Positions 26,259-36,480 of a stretch of DNA of 52,409 nt are shown here, piece by piece. Both the position numbers and the translations under genes were made by a program. How positions within the stretch are numbered: the stretch's first letter is position 1; every line of letters begins with the position of its first letter. Where the stretch lies: contig JBNJCW010000005.1 in the NCBI GenBank assembly GCA_051744345.1, positions 1-52,409 on the forward strand, in the 5' to 3' direction. The notes under the pieces were generated by a model. That model did no database searches. It was given only the letters and a program-made list of their open reading frames with translations, and was not told where the DNA came from. This DNA comes from Actinomycetota bacterium. Its GTDB lineage: Bacteria > Actinomycetota > Humimicrobiia > Humimicrobiales > Humimicrobiaceae.

Positions 26259-26828
26259 GTGGGTAAGATATATTTTTTGCTGGGCGGAGCAAGAAGCGGT
26301 AAAAGTGCATATGCAGAAGAGCTTGCCTCCAGGCTCTCAGAGAAGGTCTGTTATCTGGCTACAGCCAGGATAACCGATGAAGAGATGGAAAAAAGGATAA
26401 AGCTTCACCGAAAAAGGAGGCCTAAGAGCTGGAAGACTATTGAGCTGTCCGTAGAAGATATAGACAGGGGGGATTTTTCTAAAATAAAAGCTGGAAGCTG
26501 CCCGGTTATCTTAATAGACTGCATAACCAATCTGCTGTACAGGCTGCTGGAAAAATATGATGTGGATAAAATTGAAGTTATTCCTAACAGCCTGGAAGAA
26601 AAAATAGAAAAAGAGGTTTGGGAGTTTTTTAAAAAATTCATTGAGTTTATTACCGGAACAGATTCAGAGGTAATAGTTGTTTCCAATGAAGTGGGTATGG
26701 GTGTAGTTCCTGCTTATCCTCTGGGCAGGCTCTTCAGGGATCTTATGGGAATGGTTAACAAAGAGATTGCTTCTGTTTCTGATACAGCTTATTTTTTTAT
26801 AGCGGGACTAAAGCAGAGGCTCAAATGA
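26259..26828 (+). CDS. cobU: Adenosylcobinamide kinase / guanylyltransferase
   Basis: GGARSGKSAYAE, YLATA, HRKRRP, VSNEVGMG, FRDLMG; GTG 26259 behind AAAGGA. Confidence 0.93.
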   Translation: MGKIYFLLGGARSGKSAYAEELASRLSEKVCYLATARITDEEMEKRIKLHRKRRPKSWKTIELSVEDIDRGDFSKIKAGSCPVILIDCITNLLYRLLEKYDVDKIEVIPNSLEEKIEKEVWEFFKKFIEFITGTDSEVIVVSNEVGMGVVPAYPLGRLFRDLMGMVNKEIASVSDTAYFFIAGLKQRLK

Positions 26829-27673
26829 AGGGATTTTTAAATGCATTGGGTTTTTTAACCATTGTCAAGATACCGGCAAGATACTGCTACCTGAAGGATT
26901 TTTCCCCTGCTCTGCTTTATTTTCCCCTTATCGGCTTTTTGCTGGGAGCGGCGGTTGCTTTCTTATTCTGGGCGCTTAACTTAATCCTGCCTGCGGCTGC
27001 TGCTGCCATACTGGCGGTGGGGCTGGAGGCTGTGCTTACCGGAGGCCTGCATTATGATGGGCTGGCAGATGTATTTGACGGAGTTTTTTCCGGGAAAAGG
27101 GATAAAGAAAAGATTCTAAACATAATGAAAAAAAGCGATATAGGCACCTTCGGGGTTATGGCTGTGGTGTTTATGCTGCTTTTAAAAATAGCAGCCATAT
27201 ATTACCTGTACACCCTTCTGGGATCCAATATTTGGTTGTTTGCGGCAGTTATCTGCTTTATGCCTGCTATTGGGAGGTGGGCCATGGTATACCTTCTGGG
27301 AAGCTACAGGCCGGCAAGAAAAGAAGGGAGCCTGGCTGCCATGTTTGTCTCCGATAAAAACAGGAGGCAGCTTTTTGTTTCTACCTTTTATACGGTAGTT
27401 GCATTTTTGGGACTGGTATACCTGTCAGAAACTGTCCCCGGCCAGGGTTATACGGTACTCTGCAGCGGTGCATTTTACAGGGCGGCTGCATATTTAGTCC
27501 CCCTGCTTAAGGCTGCGGTAGTTTTTCTGGCAAGTTTTCTTGTGCTGGGTTTTGCCGGTCAGTTTTTTTCTAAAAGGTTGGGAGGAATAAACGGGGATAT
27601 ACTGGGGGCGGCCTCTGTAATAATTGAGGTATTTTACCTTTTTTCATTTTTGATACTGTTTACCTTTTTATAG
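26825..27673 (+). CDS. cobS: Cobalamin (5'-phosphate) synthase
   Basis: FLT, TGGLHYDGLADVFDG, IMKKSDIGTFG, GGINGDILGA. Confidence 0.93.
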   Translation: MKGFLNALGFLTIVKIPARYCYLKDFSPALLYFPLIGFLLGAAVAFLFWALNLILPAAAAAILAVGLEAVLTGGLHYDGLADVFDGVFSGKRDKEKILNIMKKSDIGTFGVMAVVFMLLLKIAAIYYLYTLLGSNIWLFAAVICFMPAIGRWAMVYLLGSYRPARKEGSLAAMFVSDKNRRQLFVSTFYTVVAFLGLVYLSETVPGQGYTVLCSGAFYRAAAYLVPLLKAAVVFLASFLVLGFAGQFFSKRLGGINGDILGAASVIIEVFYLFSFLILFTFL

Positions 27674-27676
27674 GTT

Positions 27677-28711
27677 ATGGGAAAAGCAATCAAGTATTCA
27701 ATAGTTCTGATAGTAATTTTAGCAGCCCTGGCCATTGTAGCTGCATCAATAGGCTCTGCCAGCATATCGCTTGGGGATACGGCCAGGATTATAGCAAGCT
27801 ACATACCGGGGCTGTCCAATCTGGTGGACACCGGGCATATAAGCCCTAACGAGTTTGCCATAATAGGCCAGATCAGGCTTCCCCGTATCTTTACTTCCAT
27901 ACTGGTGGGCATAGCGCTTGCTTCAAGCGGGGTCATATTCCAGGGCATATTCAGGAACCCCATGGCCGACCCCTATATCATAGGGGTATCTGCAGGAGCA
28001 GCTTTCGGGGCTACCATTGGGCTGCTGTTTGCTACCGGCATCAGGTTTCTGAACATATCTGCGGTAAGCGTTTTTGCTTTTGGGGGAGCGGTAGCGGTAA
28101 CCCTTTTGGTGTACAATATATCCAGGGTAAGAAACAGGGTATCGGTTCTCACCCTGCTTTTAGCCGGTGTGGCTTTAAGCGCCCTCCTAAGCTCCATTAA
28201 TTCTTTTATCCTGATGTTCCAGGCCCATGACATGGCCAAGGTTATATTCTGGCTTATGGGAGGGCTTACTGCCTCCACCTGGCATCAGCTGGCGGTTATT
28301 GCTCCTGCTATTTTAATCCTTCTGGGCCTGGCTGTGTTTTTCATGAATGAGCTTAATATAATATCTCTGGGCGATGAGAGGGCCACACAGCTGGGAGTAA
28401 ACACCGAGCATATAAAAAAGTTTCTGCTGGTGCTGGCCTCCCTTATAGCCGCTGCTGCGGTCTCTGTCAGCGGGCTGATTGGTTTTGTAGGCCTTATAAC
28501 CCCCCATATCATGAGGCTTATAGTCGGCCCGGACCACAAGGTGCTCTACCCCACTTCTGCCATTGCCGGGGGGATAGTGCTACTGACCTCGGATACCATT
28601 GCCCGGATGGTGCTTATGCCCAGGGAGATACCGGTGGGCATAGTTACTTCCATTATAGGGGTGCCCTTTTTTCTGTATCTTTTAATACGGTCAAAGAGGC
28701 AGGTGTTCTAG
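27677..28711 (+). CDS. btuC: Cobalamin ABC permease (FecCD family)
   Basis: IRLPRI, FRNPMADPYIIGVSAGA, GLIGFVGLITPH, EIPVG. Confidence 0.9.
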   Translation: MGKAIKYSIVLIVILAALAIVAASIGSASISLGDTARIIASYIPGLSNLVDTGHISPNEFAIIGQIRLPRIFTSILVGIALASSGVIFQGIFRNPMADPYIIGVSAGAAFGATIGLLFATGIRFLNISAVSVFAFGGAVAVTLLVYNISRVRNRVSVLTLLLAGVALSALLSSINSFILMFQAHDMAKVIFWLMGGLTASTWHQLAVIAPAILILLGLAVFFMNELNIISLGDERATQLGVNTEHIKKFLLVLASLIAAAAVSVSGLIGFVGLITPHIMRLIVGPDHKVLYPTSAIAGGIVLLTSDTIARMVLMPREIPVGIVTSIIGVPFFLYLLIRSKRQVF

Positions 28712-29977
28712 ATGGATATGGTAGAGGTTAAAAACCTAAACTTTTCCTATAATGGGAATCCGGTGCTTAGAAACATAAGCTTCGGGGTAGAAAAAAACTC
28801 CTTTATATCCATCCTGGGACCTAACGGGAGCGGCAAATCGACCCTGATTAATATCATAAGCAGGGTGCTTAAAAAATATGGGGGAAACATAAACATAGAC
28901 TCAAAAGATCTGGCCTCTTTGAGCTCCAGGGAGGTGGCCAAGCTGGTAGCGGTGGTACCCCAGAGCACCAATCCCGGCTTCAATTTCACGGTAAGGGAGA
29001 TGGTGGCCATGGGCAGGTATCCCTATATCAGCCGCCTTGAATCCCTGAAGCAAACCGATGAAGCTGCGGTAGAGAGTGTAATTAAAAAAACCAGGCTGAA
29101 CAGTTTTGCAGACAGAAGGTACAATGAACTTTCCGGGGGTGAAAAGCAGAGGGTAATAATTGCCCAGGCTCTGGTGCAGGATACCCCTCTGCTTCTTCTG
29201 GACGAGCCTACCTCACATCTTGACATAAACTTCCAGATAGAGCTTATGGACCTTTTCGGGAAGCTCAACCGGGATGATGGCAAAACCGTTATAGGCATAT
29301 TCCATGATATAAATCTGGCCATACAGTACTCCAATAAGGCCCTTTTCCTAAAGGACGGGACCGTTTTTGACTATGGGAATATAGAGGATGTGGTTACCGA
29401 AGAAAATATTGAGAGGGTGTTTTCAAGTGAGGTATATGTGGCTAAGAATCCTTTTACCGGAAAGCTCTACATTAACCCCACCTTCAATGCCCACCCGGCA
29501 AGGTCCAAGAACATAAAGGATATAAGGGTGCATGTGATAGCCGGGGGAGGGGCCGCTTCTCCTGTTTTGAGCATGCTCTACTCACATGGATACAAGGTTT
29601 CCTGCGGGGTGGTTAATAACCTGGATACTGATCTGGATACTGCCCAGATGCTGGGGATACCTTTTGTAAGCGAAGCGCCGTTCTCACCCATAAGCCTTTA
29701 TGCCCAGAACAGGAACCTGGAGTTTATAAAGGGAAGCGATTATGTTGTTCTTTCCTCCCTGGAGTTTGGCCACGGGAATTTTTCCAATTTGGTAAGCGCA
29801 AAGGAAGCCCTGGAAGCGGGAAAAGAAGTAGTGGTAATAGAAGAGGTTCCTGTGGGAAAAAGGGATCACACCGGGGGCAAGGCTGCCGCCCTTTATGATA
29901 AGATAATCAGGGGTGGGGCCAGGGTAGTAAAATCAAAGGAGGATGTACTGAAGATTATAGGCGGGGGCAACAGATGA
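28712..29977 (+). CDS. btuD: Cobalamin ABC ATPase with C-terminal extension
   Basis: GPNGSGKST, LSGGEKQR, LDEPTSHLD, HDINLA; about 160 extra C-terminal residues. Confidence 0.88.
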   Translation: MDMVEVKNLNFSYNGNPVLRNISFGVEKNSFISILGPNGSGKSTLINIISRVLKKYGGNINIDSKDLASLSSREVAKLVAVVPQSTNPGFNFTVREMVAMGRYPYISRLESLKQTDEAAVESVIKKTRLNSFADRRYNELSGGEKQRVIIAQALVQDTPLLLLDEPTSHLDINFQIELMDLFGKLNRDDGKTVIGIFHDINLAIQYSNKALFLKDGTVFDYGNIEDVVTEENIERVFSSEVYVAKNPFTGKLYINPTFNAHPARSKNIKDIRVHVIAGGGAASPVLSMLYSHGYKVSCGVVNNLDTDLDTAQMLGIPFVSEAPFSPISLYAQNRNLEFIKGSDYVVLSSLEFGHGNFSNLVSAKEALEAGKEVVVIEEVPVGKRDHTGGKAAALYDKIIRGGARVVKSKEDVLKIIGGGNR

Positions 29978-31518
29978 AGGCTATAATGATACAGGGCACA
30001 GGCTCCCATGTGGGAAAAAGCGTGGCGGTAGCGGCAGTATGCAGAATCCTTGCTGCTGACGGTTATTCCGTATGCCCTTTCAAGTCCCAGAATATGGCCC
30101 TGAACTCCTATGTTACCTCCGGGGGAGGAGAGATGGGGCGTGCCCAGGTGATGCAGGCTGAAGCGGCGGGGCTTGAGCCTTCTGTTTTGATGAACCCCAT
30201 ACTGATTAAGCCGGTAAAAGATACCGCTGCCCAGATAATATTTATGGGAAAAGTTTTAAAAAACATGAGTGCTTCAGAGTATGATTCTAAAAAGAAATTA
30301 TTCTTGGCTAAAATAAGGCAGATAATAGGGGAGCTTAAATCAAAATATGACTACCTGGTAATAGAGGGGGCGGGAAGCCCGGCCGAGATTAATCTTTTGG
30401 AAAATGATATCGTGAATATGAAGACAGCCGAGCTGGCAGAATCGCCGGTAATACTGGCAGCAGATATTGACAAGGGCGGGGTTTTTGCCAGCTTCTACGG
30501 TACAGTCAGGATTCTGCCTGAAAGGTACCAGAGGTATTTTAGGGGACTTTTGATTAATAAGTTTAGGGGGGATAAGAAGCTTCTTAGACCGGGTATAGAA
30601 TGGATTGAGGAAAAACTAAGGCTTCCGGTGATAGGAACCATACCCTATTTTAATAATATTGTGCTTGATGAAGAGGATTCGGTGAATTTGGAAAAGCAGG
30701 AAGAGAAAAACAAGGTTAAGGCAGGCAGGCTTAGGGTAGCAGTATTGTACCTGCCCCATATATCCAATTTTACTGACTTCAATGCTTTGGAGATTGAAAA
30801 AGATATAGACCTTAGCTATGTAAAAACAGCGGCACAGCTGAAGAGGGCAGAGCCCCATTTGATTATAATACCGGGTTCTAAAAGCACTATGGCAGACCTT
30901 ACTTACCTAAAAGAGACCGGTATTGCGGATACAGTAATTTCCATGTACCGGAAAGGGGCTTCTATTATAGGTGTATGCGGGGGTTATCAGATGCTGGGAA
31001 GTTCTATTTCTGACCGGCACAGGGCTGAATCTGATATGGATAGAATCAAAGGCCTGGGGCTGCTGGATACACGGACCGAGTTTTTCACAGAAAAAAGCAC
31101 CCACCAGGTTGAGTTTGAGGCAGACTACAGTATTTTTGGAAAAAAGGGAGAAAAAGAGGTATTTAAAGGCTACGAGATCCATATGGGAGATACAATCTCT
31201 GAAAAAAGTTATGGCCGGCCTTTTATTATTACTGAAAGGGGCAGGGGAAAGGCAAGGCAGAAAGATGGCCATATTAAAATAAGCAGGAATTTAAGTAATA
31301 TGGTGCTGGGAACCTATATACACGGCCTGTTTGATAATTTTAAGCTGAAAAAATTTTTGCTGGATATGGTGGCAGGCTTAAACGGTATTGACCTAAAACT
31401 TGATGGGAAGGGCCCCTATGAGGCTTTCAAGCAAAAGCAGTACGACCGGCTGGCTGCCCTTTTTAGGGAAAACATGGATATGAAGCTTTTCTATAAAATA
31501 TTAAATGATGGTTTATAA
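29974..31518 (+). CDS. cobQ: Cobyric acid synthase
   Basis: QGTGSHVGKS, PFKSQNMALNS, EGAGSPAEINL, ISNFTD, GVCGGYQMLG, GYEIH, GTYIHG. Confidence 0.95.
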   Translation: MKAIMIQGTGSHVGKSVAVAAVCRILAADGYSVCPFKSQNMALNSYVTSGGGEMGRAQVMQAEAAGLEPSVLMNPILIKPVKDTAAQIIFMGKVLKNMSASEYDSKKKLFLAKIRQIIGELKSKYDYLVIEGAGSPAEINLLENDIVNMKTAELAESPVILAADIDKGGVFASFYGTVRILPERYQRYFRGLLINKFRGDKKLLRPGIEWIEEKLRLPVIGTIPYFNNIVLDEEDSVNLEKQEEKNKVKAGRLRVAVLYLPHISNFTDFNALEIEKDIDLSYVKTAAQLKRAEPHLIIIPGSKSTMADLTYLKETGIADTVISMYRKGASIIGVCGGYQMLGSSISDRHRAESDMDRIKGLGLLDTRTEFFTEKSTHQVEFEADYSIFGKKGEKEVFKGYEIHMGDTISEKSYGRPFIITERGRGKARQKDGHIKISRNLSNMVLGTYIHGLFDNFKLKKFLLDMVAGLNGIDLKLDGKGPYEAFKQKQYDRLAALFRENMDMKLFYKILNDGL

Positions 31519-31547
31519 TTTCTTTCCAATTTTATAAAATCTATACC

Positions 31548-32084
31548 ATGAAAAAGAAAAAGGGACTGGTGCTGGTAAATACCGGAGACGGCAAAGGCAA
31601 GACCACTGCTGCTTTCGGGCTTGCTCTTAGGGCAGCTGGGCACAACCTAAGAGTGCTTATCCTGCAGTTTATAAAAGGGCCCTGGGTATCGGGGGAAGTA
31701 AAGGCCTGCAGGTCTATTCCCCACATAGTCATCAAGCAGCTGGGCTCCGGTTTTATAAAGTTTAAGGATGGCAGGCCTGATATAGACCAAAAGCTTATCG
31801 AGGAGGCCGAAAAGGCAATAGCTTATGCTAAAGAGGAGATTGGAGCGGGAAAATATGACCTCATAATTTTAGACGAAATAAACAATATGGTTGATTACGG
31901 GCTGGTTGACGCTGATAAGCTGGTTGATATCATTGAAAAGAAGCCGAAGGACCTTATCCTGGTTTTAACCGGCAGGAATGTAGATTCCCGGGTGGCCGCT
32001 GCTGCTGATACGGTAACCGAGATGAGGGAAGTAAAGCATGCTTTTGGCAGTGGAATAAAGGCAATAAAGGGAATAGAATATTAA
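31548..32084 (+). CDS. cobO: Corrinoid adenosyltransferase (CobO/BtuR), copy 2
   Basis: [39 protein letters not shown]. Confidence 0.92.
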   Translation: MKKKKGLVLVNTGDGKGKTTAAFGLALRAAGHNLRVLILQFIKGPWVSGEVKACRSIPHIVIKQLGSGFIKFKDGRPDIDQKLIEEAEKAIAYAKEEIGAGKYDLIILDEINNMVDYGLVDADKLVDIIEKKPKDLILVLTGRNVDSRVAAAADTVTEMREVKHAFGSGIKAIKGIEY

Positions 32085-32098
32085 CGGAAAGGGGTATT

Positions 32099-32290
32099 AT
32101 GGAGTGCAATAAAGAAGAAAACCTTGAAATTTGTAACTGCAGCTATGAGCCTTGTCCCAGGAAGGGCGTTTGTTGTGAGTGTATAACCTATCACCGGAAA
32201 AGCGGGGAGCTTCCAGCCTGTTATTTTCCGGATAAGGCAGAAAGAACATATGATCGCTCTATCCAGCATTTTATAAGAATAAACAGCTAG
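32099..32290 (+). CDS. Small Cys-rich protein (DUF6485-like)
   Basis: [21 protein letters not shown]...LPACYF...TYDRS; 63 aa with SD. Confidence 0.75.
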   Translation: MECNKEENLEICNCSYEPCPRKGVCCECITYHRKSGELPACYFPDKAERTYDRSIQHFIRINS

Positions 32291-32293
32291 ATC

Positions 32294-33097
32294 ATGAGTG
32301 CCACAAAGGCATTGGAAATAAATAATTTATCGGTTACATTAGGCGGGAAAAAAATACTGGAAAACATCAGTTTTTCCATTGATGAGGGTGATTTCTTAAT
32401 CATAATTGGGCCCAACGGGTCGGGGAAAACCACCCTCATAAAAGCGGTGCTTAACCTGGTTGCCCGCAGCGGAGAGATAAAAATTTTTGGAAAGCCAGCT
32501 AACAGGATTTCAAGCTTTAAAGGTATTGTTGGCTATGTGCCCCAGAAATTTGATTTTGACCGCACCTTCCCCATAACTGTATCAGAAGCCATAGATGTGG
32601 CCCTGGGGGAAGGTATAAAAGATAGCGAAAAAAGGAAAGAGAGGATAGGCTTTGTCCTGGAACAGGTAGGCATGGCTGGTTATGCCCGGACCAAGATAGG
32701 CGCTCTTTCCGGAGGGCAGATACAAAGGGTATTAATAGCCCGGGCTATAGCCAACAGTCCCAGGATAGTATTCTTTGATGAGCCCCTGGCGGGGGTAGAC
32801 GTTAAGGGAGAGAAAAACTTCTATGAGCTTATACAAAACCTAAAAGAAGCCCAGAAGCTTACAGTGGCACTTGTATCCCATGATGTTACGGTGGTGAATC
32901 TTTATGCAGATAAGGTTGCTGCCCTTAACCGGATACTGGTGGGCTTTGGGAAACCCAGGGATGTACTGGTAGCCCAGAACATGGAAAAGGTTTACGGCCA
33001 GGGCTTTGGCATATTCAGGCATAAGGAATGCCTGGAAAAACCCCAGGAAGAGCTTACTCCCGAAGACATAGAGAGATGCAAACTCTTTGGAGAATAA
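32294..33097 (+). CDS. znuC: Zn/Mn-type metal ABC ATPase
   Basis: GPNGSGKTT, GYVPQK...FPITV, LSGGQIQR, DEPLAGVD, VSHD. Confidence 0.85.
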   Translation: MSATKALEINNLSVTLGGKKILENISFSIDEGDFLIIIGPNGSGKTTLIKAVLNLVARSGEIKIFGKPANRISSFKGIVGYVPQKFDFDRTFPITVSEAIDVALGEGIKDSEKRKERIGFVLEQVGMAGYARTKIGALSGGQIQRVLIARAIANSPRIVFFDEPLAGVDVKGEKNFYELIQNLKEAQKLTVALVSHDVTVVNLYADKVAALNRILVGFGKPRDVLVAQNMEKVYGQGFGIFRHKECLEKPQEELTPEDIERCKLFGE

Positions 33098-33098
33098 T

Positions 33099-33908
33099 AT
33101 GGTGGAATTTTTATCCTATCCGTTTATGCAGAGGGCCCTGATTTCAGGCATAGTAATAGGGCTTGTCTGCTCTCTTATAGGGGTTTTTGTTATACTCCAG
33201 AAGATGTCTTTTTTTGCCAATGCCATAGCCCATTCTTCCCTGGCGGGGATAGCCCTGGGGTTTTTTATGGGACTGAATCCCATGGTTACGGCAGTAATTT
33301 TTGGAATTGTAATAGCAGTACTTATATCTTACCTTAAAAACAGAAGCGCCTTGTCTGTGGATACTATTATAGGGATTTTCCTTCCTTCTTCCATGGCTCT
33401 GGGAATATTGATAATTGGCCTATTGGAAGGTTACAAACCTGATCTTTTAAGCTATCTTTTCGGAAACATACTGGCAGTAGACCGTTTTTATATGTACCTT
33501 TCAGTTGGCCTGGGCCTGGTAGTAATAATTCTTCTTTCAGTGTTTTTTAAAAAGTATCTATTTATAACTTTTGACCGGGAGCTTGCTGCCATCCAGGGGC
33601 TGAATGTTGTGGCTTACGACTACCTTTTTATAATACTTCTGGCCACAACGGTTATTATAGGTACCAGGGTGGTAGGCATAATACTGGTAAGTGCCCTTAT
33701 AGTCATACCAGCTGCATCTTCAAAAAACATAAGCTCTAATTTTACCCAGATGGTGCTTTACTCTGTTGTATTCGGGTTTGCCTCCAGCCTTCTGGGGCTT
33801 ATATCTTCCTATTACCTGAACCTGGCTTCAGGGGCATCAATTATAATGGTAAGTGTGGCAATATTTTTAATAACCCTTTTGCTCAGGCCGGTGGTGGGCA
33901 GGAAATGA
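33099..33908 (+). CDS. znuB: Zn/Mn-type metal ABC permease (ABC-3)
   Basis: FMQRAL, AIAHSSLAG, YLFGNIL, VGIILVSALIVIPAA; ATG 33099 preferred. Confidence 0.88.
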   Translation: MVEFLSYPFMQRALISGIVIGLVCSLIGVFVILQKMSFFANAIAHSSLAGIALGFFMGLNPMVTAVIFGIVIAVLISYLKNRSALSVDTIIGIFLPSSMALGILIIGLLEGYKPDLLSYLFGNILAVDRFYMYLSVGLGLVVIILLSVFFKKYLFITFDRELAAIQGLNVVAYDYLFIILLATTVIIGTRVVGIILVSALIVIPAASSKNISSNFTQMVLYSVVFGFASSLLGLISSYYLNLASGASIIMVSVAIFLITLLLRPVVGRK

Positions 33909-34399
33909 AAATGTATAGCTATTCAATTAATACCAGAATAGGGAAGCTTAACTACGTCTGGGAAGAAGGGGGCAAGGTACTTTTTCTGGGAAACAGCACT
34001 CGGTCTCTTGATACTTTCAAGTCAAAGACTGGGGGTGGTTTCACAAAAAAGAAACACCTGCTTTTAGAAGAAGAGCTTAAGAAGTATCTGGATGGAAAAC
34101 TCGGGCAATTTTCTATTCAAACCAGGCTGGTCTCTGGTTCCATTTTTTTTAAAAAGGTGCTTAAGACCCTAAAAACTGTTGGATATGGTCAGACTGTAAG
34201 CTACCGCGGCCTGGCAGAAAAAGCAGGTTATCCCCTTGCCTGGAGGGCAGCAGGCACGGTGCTTTCCAAAAATCCCTTAATGATACTCATACCCTGCCAC
34301 CGGGTTATAAAAAGCAGCGGTAAGTTAGGGAATTTTACTGCAGGGCCTGACATAAAAAAGTTTTTACTGGAGCTTGAGATAGGTAACTCCTGCCAGTAA
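33905..34399 (+). CDS. ogt: Methylated-DNA-protein-cysteine methyltransferase
   Basis: YGQTVSY, RAAG, NPLMILIPCHRV. Confidence 0.92.
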   Translation: MKMYSYSINTRIGKLNYVWEEGGKVLFLGNSTRSLDTFKSKTGGGFTKKKHLLLEEELKKYLDGKLGQFSIQTRLVSGSIFFKKVLKTLKTVGYGQTVSYRGLAEKAGYPLAWRAAGTVLSKNPLMILIPCHRVIKSSGKLGNFTAGPDIKKFLLELEIGNSCQ

Positions 34400-34562
34400 A
34401 ATGTATAATTTGATCGTATGGCTCTGGATGAAATAAACCAAGAGATTGCTAACTTCCCGAAAAATCCAACTATTATGTAAAAGCAAGTCTTCCTTCCGGA
34501 ATTCACGTGGTTGATACCAAATTATGCGGCTTTAAGCTTCAAACCTTTATCTTTAACCAATG

Positions 34563-35972
34563 TCAATGCCCCTCTTTAACCGTCAAATGTCCAAACAGGG
34601 TGTTCAACGATTCTGAAAGGGTCGGATGAGAGAAGATAGCATCACGAATAACAGTATACGGTAGACCCCCCAGCATGGCCACCTGCAGTATAGCCATCAC
34701 TTCGCCGCCCTCAACCCCCAAAACAGCTGCACCGAGTATCTGGCCAGTCTTAGCGTCAACAATTGCTTTCATCAAGCCACGTGTCTCGTCTGTTTCTATT
34801 GCTCGTGCTGCCCAGCTCATAGGAATCTTTGCCACACGGTAATCGTGACCAGTATCTTTTGCTGCCTTTTCAGTCATACCGATGCGGCCCAGTTGGGGGT
34901 CAATAAAAACTACATAAGGCAAAACTCTGCCGGAAGTATCCGCATTGCCATTTTCTAAAAGATTCTTGCTGATAATTCTGAAGTCATCGTAGGAGATATG
35001 GGTAAAGGCCGGTCCGCCGTTCACATCGCCAATTGCGTATATGCCTGGGACTGCTGTTTCCAGTTTAGCATTCACCGGCACGAACCCACGCTCATCCACA
35101 GATATTGCTGTAGATTCGAGGTTAAGGGAAGGAGTATTAGGTACACGTCCGGTTGCTACCAGCAGATGACTTCCTTCAAGATTTAGCTCTTTATCGTCTG
35201 TCTTGATTGTGAGGACAATCTTTTTACTGGCAGGTGCAGCGACTGTGACCGTTTCTGAATCTAGCATTACATCAATACCGTCCTGTCTGAAGATTTCTGC
35301 GATTTTTTCAGCTACATCTTCATCTTCCAAGGGAAGCAGCTGCTTTGCTTTTTGAACGATCGTCACTTTGCTGCCAAAGCGATGAAACATCTGAGCAAAT
35401 TCCACCCCAACATAACCCCCGCCTACTATAACAAGATGTTGGGGTAATTCATCTATTTCCATAATTGAGGTTGAGTCAAGAGCACCGATAGTGTCAAGAC
35501 CGGGGATTGGTGGCTTGAAGGGGCTGCTCCCGGTGTCTATTACAACCGTTTGAGCCTTGATGAATTCTTTTCGGCCATTAGGGAAATCTACTTCAAGTTC
35601 TTTCTTCCCAATGAAGTGCGCCTCGCCCTCGATCAGTGAAAGGCCTGGAGTTGAGACCAAGGCTTTCCTCTTGCCATTCCTGAAACTCTCGACTATATCC
35701 TGCTTGCGCTTGCGCACTTTTAGAATATCAACTGAATCGAAAGTGGAGTTAATTCCGTAATCCTTTGCCCTGCTGAGAAGATGAGCAACCCTAGCTGAAG
35801 CAATCATTGTCTTGGTTGGCGTACATCCCGTGTTAATACACGTTCCACCAACATGTTTTCGCTCCACCAGAGCGACCTGTCTGTCTGCCTCCGCTAAAGC
35901 AGTTGCAAGTGGACTTCCACCTTGACCAGCGCCAATAATAATCGCATCAAATACTTTGAAATCTTTACTCAT
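34563..35972 (-). CDS. Flavoprotein disulfide reductase, MerA/RclA-like
   Basis: GAGQGG, GGTCINTGCTPTK, GGGYVGVE, GDVNGGPAFTH, HPT; no C-terminal Cys pair; ATG 35972 with SD (ORF extends to 36002). Confidence 0.85.
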   Translation of the reverse strand: MSKDFKVFDAIIIGAGQGGSPLATALAEADRQVALVERKHVGGTCINTGCTPTKTMIASARVAHLLSRAKDYGINSTFDSVDILKVRKRKQDIVESFRNGKRKALVSTPGLSLIEGEAHFIGKKELEVDFPNGRKEFIKAQTVVIDTGSSPFKPPIPGLDTIGALDSTSIMEIDELPQHLVIVGGGYVGVEFAQMFHRFGSKVTIVQKAKQLLPLEDEDVAEKIAEIFRQDGIDVMLDSETVTVAAPASKKIVLTIKTDDKELNLEGSHLLVATGRVPNTPSLNLESTAISVDERGFVPVNAKLETAVPGIYAIGDVNGGPAFTHISYDDFRIISKNLLENGNADTSGRVLPYVVFIDPQLGRIGMTEKAAKDTGHDYRVAKIPMSWAARAIETDETRGLMKAIVDAKTGQILGAAVLGVEGGEVMAILQVAMLGGLPYTVIRDAIFSHPTLSESLNTLFGHLTVKEGH

Positions 35973-36480
35973 TTTTTTCACCTTTCCTCCATTTAAAACC
36001 ATGATACAGCCATGGTTTAAAACAGCTGCTATATTGCATCGGCTTACATTTTGCTAAATTTACTTTTTCAATAATACCATATATCTAGCCTGTATTCCCT
36101 TGTTAACTTTTTTAGCCAGCCATGAAGAACGATTATTTTTATTTTAATAAAAATTCGGCAAATTTTTGGAAATTTGGGGATAAGAAATCTTAGGAAAGAT
36201 TTATCCAGGGGTTTTCTGCTAATATGATTATTAGGTTGTGGGGATTTACATAGATACCCTTACAGGTGGCTAGAGGTTGGAGGCAAGCCGTATCTGTATT
36301 GATTTATTTGAAAATCTGGCATCAATAAATCAGGGTCTTAGGTCATCAAACAATTGTTTAAATAATCCAGCAGCGCTACCAAACTTTTTTAAAATTTTAT
36401 CTTTTTTGTAAACTTGCTTTCTCTATCAATTGGCAGATTATCTAAATGGCATATAAAAACAGGTAAAGATTTGTTCTCAC

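Noticed and set aside
34563-36002. merA mercury resistance
   Set aside because: No C-terminal Cys pair and no merR/T/P.
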